Source of the DNA: Methylobacterium sp. | GTDB taxonomy: Bacteria > Pseudomonadota > Alphaproteobacteria > Rhizobiales > Beijerinckiaceae | DNA length: 64,000 nucleotides | Assembly (NCBI RefSeq): GCF_019745455.1 | Contig: NZ_JAIETD010000070.1 | Location: forward strand, 5,517-69,516 | Direction of reading: 5' to 3' | Shown: positions 8,243 through 20,079 of the stretch, in pieces | Numbering within the stretch: position 1 is the stretch's first letter | Layout: every line of letters begins with the position of its first letter | The notes under the pieces: generated by a model | Databases searched by the model: none | Told to the model about the DNA's origin: nothing | Seen by the model: the letters and a program-made list of their open reading frames with translations, nothing else | Position numbers and translations under genes: made by a program

Positions 8243-10411
8243 ATGATCCGGCTTTTCGCCCTCTTGCTTCTCGCCAGTGCCGGAATCGGCAGCGCCTCGG
8301 CGCAGGGCCTCAAGCTCCCCGCGGATCTCGTGAAGGCGAGCCTCGTCGCCGAGCCCGGCGCGATCCGGGCCGGCGAGCCCTTCACCATCGGCATCCGCAT
8401 GGTGATTCGCCCGCATTGGCACGTCTATTGGCGCAACCCGGGCGATTCCGGCCTGCCTCCGGAGATGGCCTGGAGCCTGCCGCAGGGCTTCTCCGCCGGG
8501 CCGATCGAGTGGCCGACGCCGAGCCGGATCCCGGTCTCGCATCTCCTCAATTTCGGCTTCGAGAACGAGGTCGTGCTACTGACGCAGGTGACTCCCTCGG
8601 CCGATCTCGCGCCCGGCCGGCCGGTGACTCTCTCGGGCAAGCTCAGCTACCTCGTCTGCGAACGCGAATGCGTTCCCGGCAGCGCCGACCTCAAGCTGAG
8701 CGTCCCGGTGGCACCGGAGGGGTCGAGCGCGGCCCCGAACCCTCAGAACCGCGCCCTGTTCGCCTCGGCCCGGGACCGGCTGCCAACACCCTCGCCCTGG
8801 CCGTCGCGCCTGACGCGGGATGGCGAACGCTTGGTGGTAAACCTCGACGCGCCAGGCCTGAAGCCCGATGCGATCAACAACGCGGCCTTCTTTCCCTATG
8901 CCGAGACCGCCATCGAGCATGCGGCCGAGCAGCGCCTCAGCGTCGACGAGACGGGCCTGCGCCTCTCGCTCAGCCGCAGCACCTATGACGACAAGGTGCC
9001 GACCGAACTGCCGGGCGTGCTGACCTTCGACGAGGTGACGCCGGAGGGAGCGCAGAGCCGCTCCTACGCCCTCGGGCAAGCGCCACCGATCCAGCCGGCG
9101 GCGTCCGTTACGGCAGAGGCGACTCCGGTTCCGGCGCCGCAGGCCGCCGAGCCCGACCTCACGCTCTGGAGCGCCGCCGGCCTCGCCTTCCTCGGCGGCA
9201 TCATCCTCAACCTGATGCCCTGCGTCTTCCCGGTGCTGTCGATCAAGGTCTTGAGCCTCGTCCGGCATTCGGGCGAGCCGCCGGCGCGGGTGCGTCTGCA
9301 CGGCCTCGCCTATACCCTCGGCGTGCTTGCCATGTTCCTCGGGTTGGCGAGCGTGCTCATCGCGCTCAAGGGCGCCGGCGCCGCGATCGGCTGGGGCTAC
9401 CAGCTGCAATCTCCCCTGGTGGTCGCCAGCCTCGCCTACCTCCTCTTCGCCATGGGTCTCAGCCTGTCGGGCGTGTTCCATCTCGGAGGCGGCGTCGCCG
9501 GGATCGGGGACGGACTGACCCGCAAGCCCGGCCTGCAGGGCTCGTTCTTCACCGGCGTGCTCGCCACCGTGGTCGCCACCCCCTGCACGGCTCCGTTCAT
9601 GGGCTCGACCGTCGGCTTCGCCCTGACCCAGCCGGCTGGCGTCGCCCTGATCGTGTTCGCGAGCCTCGGGCTTGGCCTCGCCCTGCCCTTCCTCGTCCTG
9701 ACAACCTGGCCGGCGGCCGTGCGGCGGCTGCCGAGGCCCGGCGCTTGGATGGATACCCTGAAGGGCGCCTTCGCCTTCCCACTCTACGCGACGGTGGCGT
9801 GGCTGATCTGGGTGCTCGCCCAGCAGGTCGGATCGACCGGCCTCCTCGCCGCCCTCGTCGGTCTGGTGCTCGTCGGTTTCGCGGCCTGGACCTGGGACAA
9901 GGCGCAGCACGCGGCTCCCGTAGGCAGCATCGTCGGCCGAGGTGTCGCCGTCGCCGCCCTCGTCGCCCTGGCGGTCCTCACCGTCGGACTCGACCGCGAC
10001 CGCGCCGAGGCCAATGTCACGATGGCGGCCGGGAGCGAGGCTTTCACGCAGAACCGCCTCGATACCCTGCTGGCGCAGGGCAAGCCGGTCTTCGTCAACA
10101 TGACCGCGGCCTGGTGCATCACCTGCCAGATCAACGAGCGCACGGCCCTGCGCACCGATGCGGTTCAGACGGCCCTGAAGACGCGCGGCGTGACCTATCT
10201 CAAGGGCGACTGGACCAACCAGAACCCCGAGATCACCCGCCTCCTGGAGCAGCATGGCCGCAACGGCGTGCCGCTCTATCTACTCTATGCTGGCGGCAAG
10301 GCTCCCGTCGTGCTGCCGCAGATCCTGACCCAGGGCGCGGTTCTCGCCGCCCTCGACACGCTCCCGGCCTCCGAGCGCAGCGCCGCGCTCAAGGCGACCC
10401 CGAAGAGGTGA
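8243..10411 (+). CDS. DsbD-family protein-disulfide reductase (N-terminal DsbD domain, TM domain, thioredoxin domain)
   Basis: Signal peptide, WHVYWRNPGDSG, LNLMPCVFPVLSIK, ATPCTAPF and C-terminal WCITC. Confidence 0.92.
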   Translation: MIRLFALLLLASAGIGSASAQGLKLPADLVKASLVAEPGAIRAGEPFTIGIRMVIRPHWHVYWRNPGDSGLPPEMAWSLPQGFSAGPIEWPTPSRIPVSHLLNFGFENEVVLLTQVTPSADLAPGRPVTLSGKLSYLVCERECVPGSADLKLSVPVAPEGSSAAPNPQNRALFASARDRLPTPSPWPSRLTRDGERLVVNLDAPGLKPDAINNAAFFPYAETAIEHAAEQRLSVDETGLRLSLSRSTYDDKVPTELPGVLTFDEVTPEGAQSRSYALGQAPPIQPAASVTAEATPVPAPQAAEPDLTLWSAAGLAFLGGIILNLMPCVFPVLSIKVLSLVRHSGEPPARVRLHGLAYTLGVLAMFLGLASVLIALKGAGAAIGWGYQLQSPLVVASLAYLLFAMGLSLSGVFHLGGGVAGIGDGLTRKPGLQGSFFTGVLATVVATPCTAPFMGSTVGFALTQPAGVALIVFASLGLGLALPFLVLTTWPAAVRRLPRPGAWMDTLKGAFAFPLYATVAWLIWVLAQQVGSTGLLAALVGLVLVGFAAWTWDKAQHAAPVGSIVGRGVAVAALVALAVLTVGLDRDRAEANVTMAAGSEAFTQNRLDTLLAQGKPVFVNMTAAWCITCQINERTALRTDAVQTALKTRGVTYLKGDWTNQNPEITRLLEQHGRNGVPLYLLYAGGKAPVVLPQILTQGAVLAALDTLPASERSAALKATPKR

Positions 10412-10416
10412 GATCC

Positions 10417-11037
10417 ATGCTCCTGCGCACCAGCCTGACCTTCGCGTTCGCCACAGCTCTCCTGACCCTGCCGATCGCGGCGCATGCCGCGGGCCCTCAA
10501 ATCGACAAGTCCGCCCCGACGTTCAGCGCCACCGATGCCGATGGCAAGACTGTCAGCCTCGGCGATTACAGGGGCAAGACCGTCGTCCTCGAATGGACCA
10601 ATCACGACTGCCCCTTCGTGAAGAAGATGTATGGCGGCCAGGCGATGCAGGGCCTGCAGAAGAAGTGGACCGAGGCGGGCGTGGTCTGGCTGACGGTCAT
10701 CTCCTCGGCGCCGGGCGAGCAGGGCGCGGTGAGCCCGCAGGACGCCAATCGCCTGACGCAGGAGCGCGGCGCCTCTCCGAGCAGCGTTCTCCTCGACACG
10801 GCGGGCACGATCGGCAAGGCCTACGACGCCCGCACAACGCCGCAGATGTTCGTGATCACCGGCGAGGGCACCCTCGTCTACCAGGGCGCCATCGACGATA
10901 AGCCGACCGCCAACCTCGACGACCTCAAGACCGCGAAGAACTACGTCGATGCAGCGCTGACCGAGGTCGCCGCCAGCAAGGCGGTGAGCGTGAAGACCTC
11001 CAAGCCCTATGGCTGCTCGATCAAATACGCTTCCTGA
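10417..11037 (+). CDS. Periplasmic redoxin (AhpC/TSA-like thioredoxin-fold protein)
   Basis: Signal peptide, VVLEWTNHDCPFV, ARTTP, YQGAIDD and PYGCSIKY motifs. Confidence 0.88.
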   Translation: MLLRTSLTFAFATALLTLPIAAHAAGPQIDKSAPTFSATDADGKTVSLGDYRGKTVVLEWTNHDCPFVKKMYGGQAMQGLQKKWTEAGVVWLTVISSAPGEQGAVSPQDANRLTQERGASPSSVLLDTAGTIGKAYDARTTPQMFVITGEGTLVYQGAIDDKPTANLDDLKTAKNYVDAALTEVAASKAVSVKTSKPYGCSIKYAS

Positions 11038-11942
11038 GCATCGACGAAGCTGCGCATCAAAAGGTGGGCGATCGCCATCGGCGGCGGCGTCACCAACCCA
11101 TCGGGATGCGTGCGGGCGATCATGCCTGCCACCTCGGCGCGGGTGAACCAGCGGGCATCGTCGAGTTCGGCGGCATCGATGGAAATAGCGTCGTCGAGGC
11201 TCTCGGCGACACAGCCGATCATCAGCGATGACGGGAACGGCCAGGGCTGCGAGGCGAGGTAGCGGACAGCGCCGATGCGCAGGCCCGCCTCCTCGAAGGT
11301 CTCGCGCCGCACCGCGTCCTCGATCGTCTCGCCGGGTTCGAGGAAGCCGGCGAGGCAGGAATACATCCCCGGCGGGAAATGATGGCCGCGGCCGAGCAGG
11401 CAGGCCTCGCGACGGGCCACCAGCATGATCACGACGGGATCGGTGCGCGGGAAGTGATGCGTTCCGCAGGATTCGCAATCGCGCCGGAATCCGCCGGCTG
11501 ACAGCAGGGTCGGGCTGCCGCAGCGGGCGCAGAAGCCGTGCCGCTCGTGCCAGGACAGGAAGGATCTCGCCGTCGCGATGGTGCCGAGTTCGTCGGCTGC
11601 GACACGGCCGGAAGAGGCGAGGCTGCGCAGGTCGACAAGGTCGAAGGCCGGATCGGCGGCATAGCGGGTCGACGCCTCGGCGACCAGCGCGGCGGCGAAG
11701 ACCGGCCGGTCGTCGATACTGCCGAGATAGATCGTCAGGGCCCTCTCGTCGCCTGGCGGTGAGAGCCCCTGGTCGAGGAGCGCGGTTCCTCCGGCTAGCA
11801 CGATCCCCTCGGGCGCGATCGCGATCGTGATCGCATCGGCGGCGCCTGGTGTGGGCAGCGGCCCCTCCCGCTCGGCCGAGTGGCGGACGAGACGGCTCTG
11901 CGCATAACCGAGGTCGGGATCGGGCACGCGAGGGGGGTTCAT
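11007..11942 (-). CDS. nudC: NADH pyrophosphatase (Nudix)
   Basis: Zn finger CARCG..CESC, FPRTDPVVIM, Nudix box GETIEDAVRRETFEEAG, SQPWPFPSSLM. Confidence 0.95.
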   Translation of the reverse strand: MNPPRVPDPDLGYAQSRLVRHSAEREGPLPTPGAADAITIAIAPEGIVLAGGTALLDQGLSPPGDERALTIYLGSIDDRPVFAAALVAEASTRYAADPAFDLVDLRSLASSGRVAADELGTIATARSFLSWHERHGFCARCGSPTLLSAGGFRRDCESCGTHHFPRTDPVVIMLVARREACLLGRGHHFPPGMYSCLAGFLEPGETIEDAVRRETFEEAGLRIGAVRYLASQPWPFPSSLMIGCVAESLDDAISIDAAELDDARWFTRAEVAGMIARTHPDGLVTPPPMAIAHLLMRSFVDAQEAYLIEQP

Positions 11943-11949
11943 CACCTTC

Positions 11950-12366
11950 TCAGGCCGCACCGAACAGCGCGCCGAGGCGCTCCACCATCTGGATGCGGGC
12001 ATGGGGCGGATAGGGATTGCGGCTCCCGACGCCCCAGACCGGGTGGGGCCACGCGGGATCCGACAGGAACCGCCCGATCACGTGGACGTGAAGCTGAGGT
12101 ACGACGTTGCCGAGGGCTCCGACATTGACCTTGTCGGGCTGGGCGAGCGCCTGCATCACCCCGACAGCGACGCGGGTCTCTTCCATCAAGGCGGCAGCGT
12201 CTTCGGATGTGAGGTCGGTGAGCTCGCTGAGGCCTGCGCGGCGCGGCACCAGGATCAGCCAGGGGAACCGGGCGTCGTCCATCAGCAGCACGCTCGACAA
12301 AGCGAGGTCGCCGACCGGTACGGTCTCGGTGGAAAGGCGCGGGTCGAGGGCGAAGGCATCGATCAT
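11950..12366 (-). CDS. HIT family protein
   Basis: DARFPWLILVPR and NVVPQLHVHVIGR (HIT-like motif). Confidence 0.9.
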   Translation of the reverse strand: MIDAFALDPRLSTETVPVGDLALSSVLLMDDARFPWLILVPRRAGLSELTDLTSEDAAALMEETRVAVGVMQALAQPDKVNVGALGNVVPQLHVHVIGRFLSDPAWPHPVWGVGSRNPYPPHARIQMVERLGALFGAA

Positions 12367-12539
12367 CCTCGCGCATGTAGAGCGGAACGCCGCGCCGGGC
12401 GATGCCGTCGGAGGCCGCAGGCAGGATCAATGTGACAAGTTCGATCACGCACATCAGGCACGTGCGCCGCCACGCTTCCCCACCCTCGCGCAATCCACTA
12501 AGGCCCGAGACACCCGAGGGGTCGAGGCGAAGGGGGGAC

Positions 12540-15083
12540 ATGGAACGCAAGTCGATCCTTTTCGCATGGCGGTCCGCAAGGCCACAGCATGCGGCGGCCC
12601 TCCTCCTCGCCCTGGGCGCCGGCGGACCCCTCGCGCTCGTGACGCTGCTCTGCCTTCGCGACCTCATCTCCGTCCTGGTCGAGCAGAGGACGGGTCTTGT
12701 TTGGTTCCTGCGGATTGCCATGGCTTGGCCTGGTAGGCCCGAGCCGGTGGTGCTGGCTGCGGGTTGGCCGCTTTCGACCTCCGATCTCACCGTTGCCGCC
12801 CTCGTCGGACTGGCCATCGCGGCTGTGACAGCCGCCGGACTCGGCTGGGCGGTGGCGCGGCTGTGCTTCCGTGCCCAAACCCGGACGCTGTACCGTCTCA
12901 ACCGCAGTATCACCGACGCGATCCTGAACGCACCGAGCGGCGCACGCGACGAAGTCCGCAGCCTGACGCAGCTCCTCGGGCAGTTCCTGGCGGGAATGGA
13001 CATGGTGTTCGGGCTCGCCATCGTGGCGCCCGCCATGGCGGGCGGCGCCGTCCTCCTCTCCCTGCTGCTCTCCTGCCTCGCCGCCCCGCGCCTGCTTCCC
13101 GCCGTCGCCCTGGGCCTTCTCGCGGCAGGCCTCACACGGGCGCTGATCCTGCGCCGGAGCCTCGCGCGTGCCGCTCTGCGGCGGCGCGAGAGCGCGGCGG
13201 CCGAACGCTCCCTGGCCGATCTGGTGCGGAGGATGCCGGCGGTGCGTGCCCATGGTGCGGCGGATTTCGAGCGCGCCCGCCTCGCTGCCAAGGGTCATGT
13301 CACCCGCGTCGCCCTGACGGCATCCGAATCCGCCCTCGCCTATGCCCGCGCCCCGTCGGTCGCCCTCGGCATCCTCCTGCCCGCCATCGTCCTCGCCGCG
13401 GCCTCATGGCGGGGGCCAGCCGCGACGGACGCACCGGTCGGCATCGGCGACCTCGCGGCGGCGGGCGGAGCCTTCCTGCTCGCCGTGGTGGCGGTGTCGC
13501 AGGTTCTCCGGCTTTGGATCGTCCATGCCGCCGTGCAGCCGCTCTTCGCGGAGATCGCTCAGACGCTGAAGGGCCTCGACGCGCGCCGCGCGCCGCAGCT
13601 CTCGGCAGCACCGGCTCTGCCCCCATCCGGCGACCTCGCGGCGAGGGAGGTTGGCGCCTACGATCCTGTGAGCGGCGAGCGTCTCACCGGAATTACTGTG
13701 GCGGTTCCGATGCCCGGCCATGCGGCGATCATCGGCGGGGCCGGCAGCGGCAGCCGCGTGCTTGCCGCGCTTCTTGCAGGGCAGCTCGACCCGACAGCCG
13801 GCGCCCTCACCTATGCGGGAACCGATCTGCGCGCTTTCGACCCTGGCGAGCGGGCCCGCCGTATCGCCTTGGCCGGCGCCGAGGCAATCCTGATCGAGGG
13901 AACCTTGCGCCAGAACATCCTCTACGGAGCGGAGCCGGCGCAACCCGCCGAAGAGGATCTGATCGCGATCCTTCATCAGACCGGGCTCGATGCCTTCGTC
14001 TATGCGCGAGGTCTCGAGGGCACCGTCGACCCGAAGGCCGATCCGACCTTGGCCGAGGCTGTGGTGGCGGCCCGCCGCGCGACGCGGGACGCTCTGGAAG
14101 CCGACGGCATCGCCCACCTCGTCGAACCGTTCGATCCGGACCGCTACGGCCAGCAGGCGACGGTCGGCGAGAACATCCTGTTCGGGGAAGCCGTCGATCC
14201 GGCCCTCGCCGGCGCGCGCCTCGCCCGTCATCCCTACCTTCGGGCCGTGCTCGAGGCCGAGGGACTGACGCACCCCCTCGTGGAGATCGGCCTGCAGGTC
14301 GCGCGCAGTACCGTCGAGATCTTCGCCGACCTGCCGGACGATCACCCTCTCTACGATGCGTTCTCGCTATTCCCGGCGTCCGAACGCGGCTTCTTCGAGG
14401 ATCTCGTCGCCCGGCAGCCGGAGGCCAAGCGATGGCGCCGCGGACCTGCGGGTCAACGCGACCGCGAGCGCCTGATCGGTCTTGCACTCCTCTACAACGA
14501 GACGCGGCACCGCTTTGGCCTGATCGATCCAGCTTTCGAAAAACGGATCGTGGCGGCACGCCGTTCGTTCAGGGCGCTGATGCCGGATCACCTGCGCGCG
14601 GGCATTGCGTTCTACGATCCGGCCAAGCTCAACATCGCCGCGAGCCTGGAGGAGAACATCCTGTTCGGGCGCATCAACGGTGAGGAGGCCGCGGCAGAGC
14701 CGCGCGTCCGAGCCTTCGTGCGCCGCGTCCTCTCGGATCAGGGACTGGAGCCGAGCGTGTACCGCCTCGGCCTCGCGAGCCGTGTCGAGCCTGGTCTCGG
14801 CGGCGGAGGCGCGAGCCTCGGCGAGAACGCCATCGACGCACGCACCCGCATCGCCATCGATTTGGCCCGCTGCCTGGTACGCCGACCGGACATCGTCATC
14901 GTCGCGACTGCATTCGAGGAGCGCAAACCCGAACTCATCAGGAGCCGCGTCGCGGCCCTGAGGCAGGCGCGGGCAGGCACCGGACTCATCGTCTGCCTGC
15001 CCGATGCATCTGCCCTGGACCCCGCCGTTCCCTTCGACACGGTGTTCACGCTCGACCGGAGCGGGATGTCGGCAGCGGCCTGA
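12540..15083 (+). CDS. ABC exporter-like fused TMD-NBD protein with degenerate ATPase motifs and a large insertion in the NBD
   Basis: Hydrophobic TMD at the N-terminus. Walker A reads GGAGSGSR (no Lys), GTLRQNILYG is present, ENILFG recurs twice more, and the Walker B region IVIVAT lacks DE. Confidence 0.75.
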   Translation: MERKSILFAWRSARPQHAAALLLALGAGGPLALVTLLCLRDLISVLVEQRTGLVWFLRIAMAWPGRPEPVVLAAGWPLSTSDLTVAALVGLAIAAVTAAGLGWAVARLCFRAQTRTLYRLNRSITDAILNAPSGARDEVRSLTQLLGQFLAGMDMVFGLAIVAPAMAGGAVLLSLLLSCLAAPRLLPAVALGLLAAGLTRALILRRSLARAALRRRESAAAERSLADLVRRMPAVRAHGAADFERARLAAKGHVTRVALTASESALAYARAPSVALGILLPAIVLAAASWRGPAATDAPVGIGDLAAAGGAFLLAVVAVSQVLRLWIVHAAVQPLFAEIAQTLKGLDARRAPQLSAAPALPPSGDLAAREVGAYDPVSGERLTGITVAVPMPGHAAIIGGAGSGSRVLAALLAGQLDPTAGALTYAGTDLRAFDPGERARRIALAGAEAILIEGTLRQNILYGAEPAQPAEEDLIAILHQTGLDAFVYARGLEGTVDPKADPTLAEAVVAARRATRDALEADGIAHLVEPFDPDRYGQQATVGENILFGEAVDPALAGARLARHPYLRAVLEAEGLTHPLVEIGLQVARSTVEIFADLPDDHPLYDAFSLFPASERGFFEDLVARQPEAKRWRRGPAGQRDRERLIGLALLYNETRHRFGLIDPAFEKRIVAARRSFRALMPDHLRAGIAFYDPAKLNIAASLEENILFGRINGEEAAAEPRVRAFVRRVLSDQGLEPSVYRLGLASRVEPGLGGGGASLGENAIDARTRIAIDLARCLVRRPDIVIVATAFEERKPELIRSRVAALRQARAGTGLIVCLPDASALDPAVPFDTVFTLDRSGMSAAA

Positions 15084-15194
15084 TCTTAAGGTCCATTTGC
15101 AGCCCCAATGGGATGCGATACGCGTGAGACTCGGTCGCCTTCAGCGCCGAGTCGTATCCTCCGCCGACGCTCAGCCGTCCTCACCAGGCCCCGC

Positions 15195-16385
15195 ATGGCA
15201 GTCCCGTCCCTGGCCTCGCTCCTGCGCGACGCCCTCCTGCTCGTCCTGATGTTGCTCGCGCTTGCAGCACCGGCAGCGGCGCAGCCGGCCAAGGCCCTGG
15301 CGCCGATTCCGGCCGCGACCCTCGCGCTGATGACCGCCAAGAGTACGTCCGCGGCCGCCTCGGTCCTATTCCGTGCCTACAAGAAAGAATCGGAGATCGA
15401 GGTCTGGAAAAAGGCCGCGAGCGGCCGCTTCGTCCACGTGAAGACCTACCCCATTTGCCGCTGGTCCGGTCAACTCGGACCCAAGCGCAAGACCGGCGAC
15501 CGTCAGACCCCGGAGGGGTTCTACACGGTGGCCCGTTCGCAGCTGAACCCGAATTCGAGCTACTACCTGTCCTTCGACGTCGGCTATCCCAACGCCTACG
15601 ATCGCGCGCACGGCTATACCGGCTCGGCGGTGATGGTCCACGGCGTCTGCTCGTCGATGGGCTGTTTCGCCATGACGGATGCGGTGGCAGGTGAGCTCTA
15701 TGCCATCGCCCGGGAGGCCTTCGACGGCGGTCAGGCTGCCTTCCAGTTCCAATCCTTCCCGTTCCGGATGAACGCCGCCAACATGGCGCGCCATCGGACC
15801 GACCCGGAATACGCGTTCTGGCGCCAGCTCAAGGAGGGCTCGGACCGGTTCGAGGCGACGGGCGAGGAGCCGGTCGTGGGCGTCGCCGACAGGCGCTACG
15901 TCTTCGCGCCATCGAAGGACCCGCGACGCGAGCTCGAAGTCGTGAGCCGGCGAGCCGAGGAGGACAAACGCATTGCCGCACTCATCGCAGAAGGTAGCGC
16001 CGCAATCCGCACGACCTATTCCGACGGCGGCCAGCACCCCTTCTGGGCGGCCTTCGCCGCGAGGGGCGGTTCGGTCGGTATCGTCAGCCGGCCCGAGGCC
16101 CTGGCCTATGCCGGGCAGGAGGTCGTGGTGATCCCCGCACGCCGGGCACCCGTGCAGGTCGCCGAGGCCGTGTGGTCGCGCTGGATCGCCGGCAGCGTTG
16201 CCCTGGCCAGGTGGAACATCGCCACCTTCGTGCCGTCCTACGAGCGGCCGCTGGCGGCCTTCCCGCCTCTGGTCGTCGCCTATGCCGAGACCCTGCCTCG
16301 CATCGTCTCCGAGACGATCGCCGAACGGGTGCCACCCTTGCTTTCCTTGCCGCCGAAGGCACCCGATATTCTCGCGCAGCGCTGA
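15195..16385 (+). CDS. Murein L,D-transpeptidase (YafK/YkuD family)
   Basis: AYKKESEIEVW, GDRQTPEGFY, YPNAYDR and VMVHGVCSSMGCFAM catalytic motif. Confidence 0.9.
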   Translation: MAVPSLASLLRDALLLVLMLLALAAPAAAQPAKALAPIPAATLALMTAKSTSAAASVLFRAYKKESEIEVWKKAASGRFVHVKTYPICRWSGQLGPKRKTGDRQTPEGFYTVARSQLNPNSSYYLSFDVGYPNAYDRAHGYTGSAVMVHGVCSSMGCFAMTDAVAGELYAIAREAFDGGQAAFQFQSFPFRMNAANMARHRTDPEYAFWRQLKEGSDRFEATGEEPVVGVADRRYVFAPSKDPRRELEVVSRRAEEDKRIAALIAEGSAAIRTTYSDGGQHPFWAAFAARGGSVGIVSRPEALAYAGQEVVVIPARRAPVQVAEAVWSRWIAGSVALARWNIATFVPSYERPLAAFPPLVVAYAETLPRIVSETIAERVPPLLSLPPKAPDILAQR

Positions 16386-16605
16386 CGCCACCTCACGTCG
16401 TCGGGCCGGAGGCGTGTGCGGCCACGCACATCGGCGAGACACGGCGCTCACTACCTCCCATGTTAGGCAAGATGCGGAAACCTGCAGCACCCGATTGTGG
16501 GCGCGCGTGACTTACAGCGAGGGAATGCTGCGACGACCGTCGTAGCCCCTGCAACGCAGTGATGGGACCGCGATCGCACGGATCGTGGTAAGTGGTTGAC
16601 GATCC

Positions 16606-17559
16606 ATGGCAAAGTCAGACGGGCCCAACCTGTGTGGCCTGAAATCCTACGAATACGCCGCCACCGTGCCGGACCTGTCCGGACCGGGCAGCGAGCGGCT
16701 GTCTCTCCGGTTCTGGGGTGTGCGCGGCTCGACTCCCGTGAGCGGGCCGGAGTTCGCCGAGTTCGGCGGAAGCACGCCCTGCATGGAGGTCCGCTGCGGC
16801 GAACGGCTATTCATCCTCGATGCCGGTTCCGGCCTCCACGCCTGCGGGGTTCACAATAGGGCCGACCTGCCGCAGGAGATCGACCTCCTGTTCAGCCACC
16901 TGCATCTCGACCACACCGCCGGGCTGCCGTTCTTCAAGCCCGTCGTGTTCGATGCGAGCCGCACCATCAACACCTATTGCGGCAACCTCGACGGGGAATG
17001 CGCGAAGGCAACCCTCGACCGCCTATTCTCGCCTCCGCTTTTCCCGGTGAACCTCGACGTCATCCCGGTCCGGTTCGCGCATCATGGCTTCATTGCCGGC
17101 GAGCCGCTCGTCTTCGGCGACGGGATGCGCGTCGACACGATCCTCCTCAACCATCCCCAGGGGTCGACCGGCTACAGATTCGACCATGGCGGCCGCCGGC
17201 TCTGTGTGATCAGCGACATCGAGCATTCTGACCCATGGCCCGATCAAGAGCTGGCCGAGTTCGTCCGGGACGCCGACCTGATGGTTTATGACGGGATGTT
17301 CACCGAGGGCGAGTACCCCTGCTGCCGCGGCTGGGGCCATTCGACCTGGCAGAAAGGCGTGGAGCTGGCCCAGGCCGCAGGGGTGAAAGCGCTGGCGATC
17401 ATCCACCTCCATCCCGCCCATACCGACCCGATGCTGCGGCAGATCGAGTCCGAGATGCAGGCGGTGATGCCGACGGCCTTCATCGCCCGCGAGCGCCAGA
17501 CGATCGATGTCGGTGGTCAGCGGAGCGCAAGGCCGATGCTGCTGAACGCGCAGGCCTGA
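16606..17559 (+). CDS. MBL-fold metallo-hydrolase (RNase Z/cAMP phosphodiesterase-like)
   Basis: FWGVRGSTP, DAGSG, SHLHLDH metal-binding motif, WGHSTW. Confidence 0.88.
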   Translation: MAKSDGPNLCGLKSYEYAATVPDLSGPGSERLSLRFWGVRGSTPVSGPEFAEFGGSTPCMEVRCGERLFILDAGSGLHACGVHNRADLPQEIDLLFSHLHLDHTAGLPFFKPVVFDASRTINTYCGNLDGECAKATLDRLFSPPLFPVNLDVIPVRFAHHGFIAGEPLVFGDGMRVDTILLNHPQGSTGYRFDHGGRRLCVISDIEHSDPWPDQELAEFVRDADLMVYDGMFTEGEYPCCRGWGHSTWQKGVELAQAAGVKALAIIHLHPAHTDPMLRQIESEMQAVMPTAFIARERQTIDVGGQRSARPMLLNAQA

Positions 17560-17572
17560 CGCCGCCCGAGCA

Positions 17573-19197
<1,625 letters not shown>

Positions 19198-19201
<4 letters not shown>

Positions 19202-20079
19202 CTGAGCGCCCCGAGCCGCCGCGCCGTGCGCGGATCGAGGGCATCGCGCAGGCCGTCTCCGATGATGTTGACCGCGAGCACCGTGGCGGCGACGCACAGG
19301 CCCGGGAACAGGATTACCCATGGGGCGATCTGGAATGCCTGTCGGCCCTCGGCCATGATGTTGCCCCAGCTCGGGATCTCGGTGGGTATGCCGGCGCCGA
19401 GGAAGCTCAGGATCGCCTCCGTCAGGATCGCGGAGGCGCAAACGTAAGTGCCCTGGACGATGAGCGGCGCAATGGTGTTGGGCAGGACGTGGCGGACGAG
19501 CAGCATCGGCAGGCGCGTGCCGGCGCCGATCGCAGCCTCGACATAGGGTTCCGAGCGCACCGACAGGACGACGCTGCGCACCAGCCGCGCCACTCGCGGG
19601 ATCTCGGGAATCGCGATGGCGACGATCACGGTTCCGATGCCGGCCCCCGACAGCGTCACCATGGCGATGGCGAGGAGGATCGACGGGATGGCCATGATTC
19701 CGTCCATGATCCGCATCACCACCGCATCGAGGCGGCGCAGGTAGCCTGCTACCAGCCCGATCACGAGGCCGATGAGGACCGAGGCCGTCGCCACCGCGAA
19801 GCCGATGGCGAGAGATACCCGCGCCCCGTAGACGACCCGGCTCCAGACGTCGCGCCCGAACGCATCGGTGCCGAGCCAGGCCAGCTCGAAAGGCGGCTTC
19901 AGGCGAAGGCGCGGCCGCAGGAGGATCGGGTCGCCGGTCCAGAGATAGGGGGCCGCCACGGCCGCCAAGCCCACGACCAGGAGCACCGCGAGCCCGGCGA
20001 GTACGCCAGGGTTGAGGAGGGCCGGCGGCAGGATGGGACGCCGCGCGGGGAGCCGGGATGGTGCTGTCGATCCGGTCAA
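19198..20079 (-). CDS. Peptide ABC transporter permease (DppC-like)
   Basis: LGTDAFGRD, VYGARVSL, HVLPN and LSFLG motifs. Probable TTG start at 20079 overlapping the upstream gene's TGA. Confidence 0.9.
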
